A stretch of DNA of 63,651 nucleotides, the filler included, from Dugesia japonica (taxonomy: Eukaryota), in the NCBI GenBank assembly GCA_001938525.1. It is 5 parts of 5 records of this genome, joined end to end, with 100 filler letters (N's around TTAATTAATTAA, not from the genome) between each part and the next. Parts side by side here need not be neighbours in the genome. Positions count along the whole stretch, not along the records: positions 42,202 to 54,639 come from MQRL01536683.1; positions 54,740 to 63,651 come from MQRL01631254.1; 3 more parts are not named here. One strand, given 5' to 3'. Positions 53,400-63,651 of the stretch are shown here, piece by piece (position 1 is the first letter of the stretch; each line of letters starts with the position of its first letter). The position numbers and the translations under genes are program-made. The notes beneath the pieces were generated by a model. That model had not been told where the DNA came from, did no database searches, and saw only the letters and a list, made by a program, of their open reading frames with translations.

Positions 53400-54323
53400 C
53401 TATAATATAAAAGTCAATAGTTTAGTGTAAAAATAAACATCATAAAAAAACAAATGTTATCAATAAAAATATGATAACATCATGAAATAGTATAAAACTC
53501 ATTCAAAGTAACGTTCATTACAGTAAGATCAATTACTTAGTTTTGATTTATCATACAAATTCTTAAAAATAATATGGCATCATCTTTATTTTATTTAATG
53601 ATACCAAAAGAACATTACCACTATGCTTAAATAACTAATGTTCATTAAGATCCTGAATTCTTATTTTTTACAGTGAACCACTTAAAATGCATTTTTAAAC
53701 ACTATCCCCGAAATTCCTGTTAATTAAAGAAAAACAAAGTAGAATATAAAGTAAAGTAAAAAATATAAATAAATAATGATTAGCAATTATTAAAAAAACT
53801 GTCATTTCCTCAAGATTCAATAAATTATTCATGAAAAGACCTAAAATAATTATTTATAATTCGAATAATAATACTTTGATTATTTTGAATATAATTTAAT
53901 GATATATAAATCAAAATAAAAGTAAACTAAACAGAAATTAACTTTTATTAACAAACACAACTCAAACTATTATTAAGTATTAATTAATATTTTGCAGAAT
54001 ATTTCGTTGAGAAATTTTATTTTTATATAATAAGATTATTTCAATTTGGATTTCATTTATAAATTAAATTATATCAACCTAAAAGTTATCAAAAGTTAAA
54101 AAAACTGTTCACTTTAAATATATTTAAAACAAACGTTCAAACTTCTGATAACCTAAAGAAATAACTATTTTCTTGGTATCAGTCTTTTTCATTGTCAAGT
54201 AATTTTCATTTTCAACGAATAATTATTAAATTAAACGTCAATGCTTAACAAATCATATTTAATGAAACATGACTCAAGTAACTAACGAAAGATGACGTAG
54301 TCTAGATTCTCCAAATTCCAAAT

Positions 54324-54639
54324 CAGGCCAGAAACTATGCTTCATGGCATCCGGTCCGAAGCCTAATTTTGGCGCCCCTTAAAACATCAAAAGCGACAAA
54401 AGAAATCAAAAAAAAAAGAAATTAAAAGAATTTTTTTGATATATGAATAACATGGCAGTATTTAGAAGTATAAGAAGCAGAAATTTAAATTTTACTTCTC
54501 AAAAATCAATTTTTCGCGCTTGCTTGGAAGCAAATTCATCGATCAAACCAAAGTAGTCTAAAGCACGCGCAAAACCTTTTTCAATTGCGAGTATCGCTAA
54601 ATCTCTAAGTCTTTCTTGATTCATTGTTGATCTCATATA
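54324..54639 (-). mobile_element. hAT (Tip100/ZMYM1-like) transposon 3' end
   Basis: Dimerisation-domain tail YMRSTMNQERLRDLAILAIEK...IDEFASKQARKIDF*. GC-rich end caggcc...ggcgcccct. Confidence 0.8.
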
Positions 54640-54739
54640 NNNNNNNNNNNNNNNNNNNNNNNNNNNNNNNNNNNNNNNNNNNNTTAATTAATTAANNNNN
54701 NNNNNNNNNNNNNNNNNNNNNNNNNNNNNNNNNNNNNNN
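54640..54739. other. Artificial scaffold spacer
   Basis: N44-TTAATTAATTAA-N44. Confidence 0.95.
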
Positions 54740-55379
54740 GTATATACCTCTAGAAGAGACAACAAGGAGAACAACAGCAAGAATAAGAGAAGAAAAGAAT
54801 AGTAAAACCTCGAAATTCAACAAAGGAAAAAAAATAAAAACTTCATGTTTAAATTTAATAAAAACTTTGCTTGCATAAAATATAATGGATTTTGTACTTA
54901 ACAAAATATTTTTAAAAAATTAAATAAAAAAAATTAATTATAAATAGATAAATAGGAAAAGTTCACTATTTATATATCAATTATAATTATATTATAAAGA
55001 TTGCAAATTATATCCAGTTTCCATATGGGTATTTCTGACTTCTATTGTATCTCGCAACCGGTTGTTTTGATTTTGTAAATTACATTTATCCTTTTCCAAT
55101 TCTCCTATTGTCTTCTTTAATTTGATATTTTCCTTTTCCAATATTTCTTTATCTATATAAATATATCAAATCGAATATCATACAATTAAATAATAGTAAC
55201 CACTGTTGAATTACTTTAATTATTTGGTCAAAATTTTTTTAAATTAAATAAAATCACAGTTACAATTATTGAGAGAATAATTGTTTGACTTAATCATTGA
55301 TTGCATATTTAAAGCTTCAGTAAATTAAAAAAGAAGGTTTAAAAAGTTTACAGAAATATATGAAAGCCTAACAGGCAAA

Positions 55380-56100
55380 TAATGATCTGAATCTGCAGTG
55401 GATAACGATTAATTTTTTCAAGTTGATTAAAGCAGAGTTAAACATAGGTCATACAACAGTTCCGGTCAATTGTGAGAGGTAAAAAACTAGAACAATGGGT
55501 ACCACATGATTTAAATAAGAAACAAAAAATCGGCGTTTTAAAGTTTGATCCTTGTCATTTTTGCGGAACACGAATGATTCAAATGAACTTTACGACAATC
55601 GCAAGCGTCCCGCATATTTATTGGACCACAACCAAGTCCCAAAAATACTAACCAAGACCAGAACATCACAAAATAAAAAACATTATGTTCACTGTGTGAT
55701 TGTATATTAAAGGTATTATTCACAAAAACCTTTTTACTCATGGAGAAAAAATTAAAATTAACAAAAAATGCCAAAACTTCGGCCGAAATTGATTAACAGA
55801 GTAAGTTCTAATTATTCTTCATGACAATATCCGGCCACATCAACACCTTGCAAAAACGACTATAAGAAAGTTGCCTGAATTTGGATACGAAATAATTCAG
55901 AATCCACCATACTCACCGGTCCACTCAATTACGGTTTATCATTTATTAAACATNNNNNNNNNNNNNNNNNNNNNNNNNNNNNNNNNNNNNNNNNNNNNNN
56001 NNNNNNNNNNNNNNNNNNNNNNNNNNNNNNNNNNNNNNNNNNNNNNNNNNNNNNNNGAGATAAATTAACTTATTTCTCATCGGTAAGAATGTATCGATTG
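55380..56100 (+). mobile_element. Mariner transposase remnant
   Basis: KKLEQWVPHDL, ILHDNIRPH and GYEIIQNPPYSP...YHLL. Confidence 0.8.
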
Positions 56101-56888
56101 CTATGTGTTATTTCAATTACTAAATATTATTTGAATTTCTTTATTTGTTTTATTTATTTTTCTTTATTTTAATGAAATCTTTATTTGATTTAAAAAATAA
56201 AGTTTAAATGACAACGTATTACATATAAATGATAATATATTATCACATATTATGTATTAAAAATTTATTCAAAAACTACAATTTTAAAAACTTATTCAAC
56301 ACGCATTAAAATATTTTCAGGCAAAATAATATTAGGAATTAATTTTATTTTATAACTTTACAATTTCCACAAGGAATTGGCTGTATTAATACTCATTCCA
56401 AAGCAAGAATTTCAGAATCTACATGTCCTGGTGATTACTATGTTATCCTTATTGATCAATATGATTAGAAGGCTCAGCATATATAGAACAACGCTAATAA
56501 TTCCTATCATAATTCTGTGGTGCAAATGTTCTATAGATTTCAACTTTTCCAGATCAATGATCAGTTGTTACCATTTATTTGTATTATATTATACTTTTTC
56601 AGTATTTTTTAAACTTAGTCTACTTCTAAACTAAAGGATAATCTCAAAAATCCGATTATAAATCTTAAAAAATTAATAAAATCAATAAATAAAATTTAGT
56701 GGAATCATTTCTGCACAATAAATATTGTTATCTATAAAATAACAATACAAATATTTTAAGTTTGTTACTTTCAAACAATAATTATAACAAACCTTTTCTA
56801 TGCTTTTTGAATTCTTCAATCATTTCTTTGCATTTCTCACAAAAACTTTCTATTTAAAGAAATAAAATAATATTTATTTGTATTTGTT

Positions 56889-56890
<2 letters not shown>

Positions 56891-56957
<67 letters not shown>

Positions 56958-57007
56958 NNNNNNNNNNNNNNNNNNNNNNNNNNNNNNNNNNNNNNNNNNN
57001 NNNNNNN

Positions 57008-57071
<64 letters not shown>
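56891..57071. repeat. (AAT)n microsatellite spanning a gap
   Basis: Direct inspection. Confidence 0.95.
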
Positions 57072-57073
<2 letters not shown>

Positions 57074-57722
57074 TTAGGGTGTCCCATAAGTCTTTTCGTA
57101 TTTTAGTTTTATTATTTCAAATTAATTTTTCTAATTGATTTAAATATTTGAATCTATATGATTATATATAATTTTGAAGAAATTTAAATCCTTTATCAGA
57201 ATTAAATTAATATCTATTAAATAATTGTAAATTATTGTTTTATTTATTTAAAAGAAATGTGGATAAATTTGAAATTAGAGTACTTTTAAAACACTATTAA
57301 AAACAAAATGTCCATACAACTCAAGCAGTCAAGAAAATATGTGAGGTGGAAGGTGAAGACTTTGTTTCCATTCATGTTGCTCAAAATCGGTTCAACAAAT
57401 TTAATCTGGGTCAGGATAACCTTCAAGATCAAACACGAACTATAACAATGGATCTCGAATATATACGCAACGCACTGGAGGCTAATCCATCGAACAGCAT
57501 TCGAAGATATTTTGGCGAACTCGGTATTTCAAAGACATCAGTTTTTAGACATCTTCGTTCAATGGGCACGGTGAACAGATGATATCGACAAATTCCACAC
57601 GAATTAACAGAAAAACGTTTGGAAACGTGTCAAATCCTTCTGATGCCCGTTTTATTTGCCAAATTGTGACTTCAGATGAAAAATGGGTCTACTTAGATAA
57701 CCGTAACAGACATAATCAATAT
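57074..57722 (+). mobile_element. Mariner element, 5' half
   Basis: ta|TTAGGGTGTCCCATAAG start; IRVLLKHY...AVKKICEVEG, IPHELTEK and IVTSDEKWVY. Confidence 0.8.
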
Positions 57723-57759
57723 ACAATCAAAACATTTTCAGTGGCACTAAATGATCGTA

Positions 57760-58125
57760 TCATTTCACCATACGTGTTAAGGTTTCAGCATTCAAAACGT
57801 GTTTGGAGTCTTCAAAATGAACGTTACTTCTAATTATGCATGATAGGAACAATCAAACTAGATAAAAAAATAATGATCTGAGGATGCTTTGCCTCATATG
57901 GTGTTGGAAGCCTTTGAAGGTTAAAAGGAACAATGAATAAAGAATAATATCATCAAATATTAATTAGATAAATAGTATCTTTAGCAAAAAACTTGTTCCC
58001 AGGTGGTAATTACATTTCCCAGCAAGACAACGATCCGAAACACAAAACAAAATTTATTCAAAAATATTTGGAGAGGAAAAAGATTAAAACTTAGGAATGA
58101 CTATTTCAAAGTCTCAGATCCAACC
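57760..58125 (+). mobile_element. Tc1 transposase catalytic-domain remnant
   Basis: IMI*GCFASYGVGSL, GTMNKE*Y.QIL and QQDNDPKH. Confidence 0.8.
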
Positions 58126-58707
58126 CGGGGGATATTAACATTAATAATACGCCTGAACCGGGAATATTAATGTTAATATTAATATTGTCCAGAGGATATT
58201 AATGCTAATATTATTATTGCCCGGTGGTTATTAATGTTATTGTTAATGTTGTCGGGGAAGCGTCAAATGTTGTTTGGAAGAAAAGTTGCTTAACTACTTA
58301 CAAATTTGAAGTTTTTGGTTAATTCCAACAAAAATTTAATTTCCGGTAATTACGCAATGGTTACATTTATTTTAAATTGCACCCTAAAAATAAATATAAT
58401 TGAAATAGTAAAATAATTAAATAACTAAAATTTTCTGCAAGAAATTTTCCTTATAAATTAAATAAAAATAAATAAAATAAATAAATTAAAAATATTGAAC
58501 TAGGTACACATAAGAAATACGAGCAAAAGTTACATAATCAAATCGTTCCGGCTAAATATACGTAACATTCTTAAGGCACTATTATGTAATTATGTGCACA
58601 CATTACCTATATTTATCCTCATACTAAATACACGTGAAATTCTTACACAAATAAAGATATTCTCTCTCTGCGAGTGTAGTGCGGCCGTGCGCCAGTGTCT
58701 ACCTACT
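58120..58707 (-). mobile_element. Polinton-like terminal region
   Basis: ccggg-atattaa repeats at 58120-58260. Ends gcggccgtgcgccagtgtctacctact (reverse complement AGTAGGTAGACACTGGCGCACGGCC), parallel to 7390-7829. Confidence 0.6.
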
Positions 58708-58789
58708 TGCATATGTTTCAACAATATTTAATTATGATATGCTTGTTTAGCGAAGGGGAAGTCTGATCCTGTACGCTCATATCTACCTT

Positions 58790-59370
58790 TTATTCATAAA
58801 CAATTCTATAAATACAATAACTTCAAATACAACGTTCAATCCAAAATTCATGTCAAAACACTGATCTTATAGATCAATAAATGTTCATTGATTGTCTATA
58901 CGTTTTTACAATGATTGGTTCACCACTTGTGATTGTTTTGTGTCTTGTCAGATGTGTGCGTCCTACATCCGATTTATCTGCCATAAAAACATCTTATTTA
59001 CTTTCAATTATTTTCAATAACCGCTGATCCTCTTTAATCTTTAAAATATTTAAGGCTCTAGTCAATCACTATACCTTTTTAAATTTATCTTCCAAATTTC
59101 GCTTCAATATTGCAAATGTAATTTTCGACTTTTCATCCATTTTGATATCAACCTTTCGCATAAGTTGATATACAAAAATCTTCTGCTTATCTATTCCTCC
59201 TATCAGTTCTGGTGTTACTCTTTCAGCAACTAAGAAAGTAATCTCTTTGCAAACGTCATTTATTATCACTCCGGTTCTAACTTTCCCAACAATTTCAGGT
59301 GTACTATTATTTGCAGAATGCAATCTTTCATCACTCATTTCTAAATTTACTCGTAATTTATTAAAACAAT
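58790..59370 (-). mobile_element. Gypsy protease / pre-RT remnant
   Basis: SANNSTPEIVGKV...FLVAERVTPELIGGID and IFMADKSDVGRTHLTRHKTIT. Confidence 0.7.
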
Positions 59371-62300
59371 TCTGTCAGAACGCCAATCTAATGGTAAAAT
59401 TGAGTAAGCCAGTGACTCTACAGGACGCTCTGGCCACATTGCGAATTGTAGCAGATAAACCATCGGAACGAATATTCAAAGTAGAAGGACAGGCAGAGAA
59501 AACTACACCGAGGATATCAGATTTCATCCCTAACACACAATCTATGCTGAAAACCCTGACCCCAGGCCAAGAACGGATTAACAGGAATGATAGACCTAAC
59601 TACCCCCGAGGAAATGGTGGAGGATTTAATGCACCTCGGAATAACTGGCAAAATAATCGAGATAGACAATGCAATTCCTGTGGAAGAAGGGGACATATAG
59701 CCCGGGATTGTAGAGGTAGAGGCAATAATAATAACAACAATCGATTTTGTACTTATTGTAAAAGAACCAACCACAATGTGGAAACGTGTTTATTGAAAGT
59801 TCCAACTGTCTGTTATAAGTGTAACAAAAGAGGGCATATGACAAAGGAATGTCCTAGCGGAAATCAAGTACAGCAGAAGAGACTGGCAAAAAGAAATTTG
59901 CTAAACGAACCACACAAGAATCAATGTAATATGGTTAGAACACATAGGCAAATTTTTAACCAACATGACGAAACTACAGAGGTTACAGAAATGGAGGATA
60001 CTTAAAAACGAATACTAACCACATCACCAGAATTCTAATGGACCAATGAAATCATCTATTAAACCATAGAAACCTCAACGACAACCACCGAAAGAAGGCG
60101 AGTGACGAATCAGCTTCTTCGATTATACCAGCACCCACAAGTACACGCAAAAGTAAAAGCTAACTTACATCGCCGAGCTTTATAAAGAAACTAAGTTAGA
60201 AGATTATGAATTTGAAATTCAATATGTATGGCATAAAAACCCAGAAGTCATTCTAAAACGATTTAAACTACCACTAAAAGGATTGACAGTACGACACTTG
60301 AAACAAGCACTTAACGAAATAAAATGGAGCGAAGTAAACGGTATCAAAAGTAGGACGGTAAACCCGTTGCTCGAATTACCACCATTTAACGATCAGCAAC
60401 AATGGAATGGAAAATGGAATAGGCACAGATTGCAAATAGGTAATATAGGAATCAATATTCTTCCGGATGACAAGAACCTAATTTATTATGAGACCCGACT
60501 CCATGAAACAACATTAATCAAATTAATAAATTAGGGATTGGTGTTCAGGCCACAAATAGTAATTCAAGAAATAGAAACAGAGGAGTTGTATCATAATCTC
60601 GAAGAAACATTCTAAAAGGAAATAGTTACCACCCAAGCTCAAAGCTACGTATGAAAAGTATTTGAGAAAGTAGGAGTAATGGACTATCCAGAAACTTCAT
60701 GAGACAATAAAGAGAAAAGTATACTTAAAACTTACCAATCGATTAGTAGAGTTGTTAGAAGTCATAAAACTGGTCAATAATTTTAAAAGCGATTGAACAG
60801 AATGGTTACCAGTGCATTATGGTTGGGTAATATCCAATATGGTATTATCAGATTACCAAGGAAACATGAAACTGACACTCACGGGATTAATGGTAGAAGA
60901 TCTGGAATCGGCGCTTAATCAAGCAGGCTATCCATGAATAACTGATAAATACGTATGTACTCCAAGTGCTTTAGTGGATTTTAATGCCAAAAAAAGACAT
61001 CTATACGATTTTGGGGTAAAACCAGGAGAAGAAATGGAAATTTTAATATTGGACAAACAATTTGGTATCGACTATGACATATAGGTAACGAAAACCGGAA
61101 GATCAGCATTAGAAATCATGGGAGAAATGGAATACCTATATAAACAAGAAGTGGAACCTATTAAAATAAAGATACTTTCCACAGTATTGGGAAAGAAAGA
61201 CAAACTGACCAAGAAAAAGAGGAAGCAGTTATTGATGACGCGTAACGATTTTCTCAAACAACGATTAAAGAGGAAAGAAAGTAAATGCAACATGATAAGG
61301 ATGTGGCAAATGCCGGCAAGAGAAGTAGTACCAATGCGCAAAGTAGAGGAAATGGTTAACCGAGTACAGATAGAGAACGAGAAGTTACCCCGAAACACAT
61401 ATTGGATGATAATGAATAGAATTTACGATATATATGATTGGTTGGAACTACCGGAGGAAATTGATAATCAATGGCTCATGATTAGACAGAAGTATGCCGA
61501 AGAAATATTGGCAACTACCAAGATTCAGGACTATAAATTATACTTGAATATAGATAAAAATGAACAAGAACTGACTAAATACAGCCGATTAAAACCACAA
61601 GGAATAACCATGATGGATTTAATGGATGCCATTATCGATAAGTGACAAGAATATTGAATAAACATGGTACCACTATTCATAAACGGCAAATTGGTCGAGA
61701 CAGATGATGAGGACGAACACATATTCCAATGCCATGCAAAGCCCGGAGAAATATGCGAGTTAGATGTAGAGGAAGAGCCGCGGACAGCTCAATCACCAGA
61801 TCTCGAGGAACGAATGGAGGAAATAACGGAATTATACGTATCTGAGGTACTAACGGGTATAAAGGAACAAGTAAAAGAAAATCAGAAAATACAGAATATT
61901 GATAAGTTACCAATAATTATCACAAAATCAGTTGAATTTCCAAAAGGGATACCGACAATACGTGATATTTGGATAAACTACACGAAACGAATAACAGATG
62001 AATCAGCCACGTTTCATGCTATCAATGATCTGTTACGAGTAACACGGAAAACTCGACCAGTAGTGAATATCAAAGTATATTGGAAAATGATGAATAACCT
62101 ACGGGATCTAGCAACCTATGGACAACTCAGCTTGTGAGCTCGAGCACAATGGTGAAAAGAGAAAACCTTATACGAAGAGGAAGTACAAAATACATCCACT
62201 ATATCTAACTATTCTATCAGAATCAGCCTTTTTAGTAAAGAGGGAAGCATAAGGAAGATAGATATTATAACCCTGGAAGGATTAACTATCCATCATATCA

Positions 62301-62649
62301 TAAAACCGATCAAGACATGGTTATAGCCAAAACCAATCAAATCATATAAAATACAAGCGGGAGCCACAATGATCATAGCACAAATGTATTATAATGCCTA
62401 TCCACAATATGGTTGGCAACCAATAAATCCACAACCACCACAGGTATGGGCACCAGGTCCTATGTACAACAACCTTTAAATGAGTCCACCACAAGCTCTT
62501 AATATGGCATTATTGACGGAGAATAATCTCGCAACCATTGACAGAAGAACAACGGATCAAAATTTACGTCCTCCGAATAACCAGATCAATGAAGATGATA
62601 AATTAGAAACTCAAACCGTATGCATGATGATTTCTCAGAGAGCGAAATT

Positions 62650-62975
62650 ATTACAAAAAAGGATAAAAATAGACGGCAGATGGGTAATAGCCATTATCGA
62701 TACTGGAGCAAGTATGACGTTAGTCCACAAAAGAATATTAGAGGATTATCGACTACTGCGAATAACAATTACTAAAGAAGTTATCATCACAGCCTCTGGA
62801 GAAAAAATCTCACTCGTTGGGGAAGCAATATGTGCAATAGAAAGTGACGGAATCCGTCTATGGCATAAATTACAAATAATGAATGAACTAACTTTCAACT
62901 GCTTATTGGGACTGGACCTCTTACCACGTCTATGTCCAGAGGGAATATTAGATATGAGGAAACTAACGATTCGGA
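62650..62975 (+). pseudogene. Retropepsin-like aspartic protease 1
   Basis: IKIDGRWVIAIIDTGASMTLV...TASGEKISLVG...CLLGLDLL. Confidence 0.9.
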
Positions 62976-63269
62976 AAAATCATGATCGCGAATATGCGCC
63001 GGTAGGTTATCAGAAAACTAGAATAATAACCAAACAAAAACGACCGCAGCAACGGAAACAACCAATTACCAACCAACAACTACGACTCTCATCAGGCAGA
63101 GGTGAGCAAAATAACTCAAACCAAGATGGTTGGAAAACTAAAAACACGCCTACCATGATAAGAGACGATTGGATAAGATTTCAAGAATGAGAACCAAGGT
63201 GGAAAAACAAAAAACAACTTAACCCCAATCGTAACCCTTCGGAGTTAGTATGCGCAAGTCTCAACGGCG

Positions 63270-63600
63270 TACCCGTACTAACAATTATGGTTAAAATCAA
63301 TGATAGACCTACAACAGCATTATTAGACACAGGAGCAACAATCTCGTTGTTATCAATAGAAGAAATCGCAATAACAGAATATAAAAATATATTACCTACT
63401 AATACTACGGCGGATGTGGCAAACGTAAGCAGTCTTAAAATTTTTGGGGAATTAGCTTGTGAAGTAGAATATCAAGACAACAAAATCAAGCACAAAATGA
63501 TAATAGTAGAAATGGCTGGACAGTGCATTTTGGGTACGGACATTCTCCCAATTTTGATGAAGAATGGCATATTAAAATTCTCCACATTACAGTTGCAATC
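63270..63600 (+). pseudogene. Retropepsin-like aspartic protease 2 (not in the ORF track)
   Basis: VKINDRPTTALLDTGATISLL...VANVSSLKIFG...CILGTDIL. Same frame as protease 1, separated by one TGA at 63188. Confidence 0.9.
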
Positions 63601-63651
63601 CTTGGAGGGGTATACCCACGTTAAAGATCATGAAGTATTCACTACAGAAGA

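Larger units (their letters stand above)
59370..63651 (+). mobile_element. Decayed giant Gypsy-like element: gag (3 CCHC) - ~2.6 kb unknown - protease 1 - protease 2
   Basis: Knuckles CNSCGRRGHIARDC, CTYCKRTNHNVETC and CYKCNKRGHMTKEC. ORFs 61118, 61664 and 62480 share a frame. AIIDTGASMT (D at 62699) and ALLDTGATIS (D at 63326). Confidence 0.85.

Noticed and set aside
30179-57087. Poly-I, poly-N, poly-L and poly-Y ORFs (30179, 35315, 42375, 42448, 56854)
   Set aside because: They are translations of (AAT)n microsatellites and N gaps.

Overview
This is very AT-rich eukaryotic DNA, almost certainly from an animal: it holds a spliced HERC1 orthologue with 41-50 nt GT-AG introns. It comes from a fragmented assembly. 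Four identical 100-bp spacers (N44-TTAATTAATTAA-N44 at 13757, 27638, 42102 and 54640) split the window into five pieces whose adjacency is probably artificial. Host genes are sparse: 8 exons of HERC1 (RCC1-like domain 2 up to the start of HECT, minus strand), a two-exon Ser/Thr kinase fragment, and one doubtful gene fragment. The rest is decayed mobile DNA: many Ty3/Gypsy remnants, a Polinton/Maverick-type pPolB with four AGTAG-starting termini, mariner/Tc1/pogo elements, two hAT elements, an RLE-type non-LTR fragment, MITEs, a small Helitron, a foldback-like inverted minisatellite and (AAT)n arrays. The most striking object is a decayed giant Gypsy-like element at 1-4790 (minus strand). Its order is Gag (4 Cys-His knuckles), ~2 kb of unknown domains, an internal signal peptide plus a class III (chuvirus/gB-like) fusion glycoprotein with a hydrophobic tail, aspartic protease, then the start of RT. 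Env therefore sits between gag and pol, and its tail is in the same frame as the protease. A second giant Gypsy-like element (59370-63651, plus strand) has ~2.6 kb of unknown coding sequence after Gag and two tandem in-frame aspartic proteases. All homology calls come from manual motif recognition; no searches were run.
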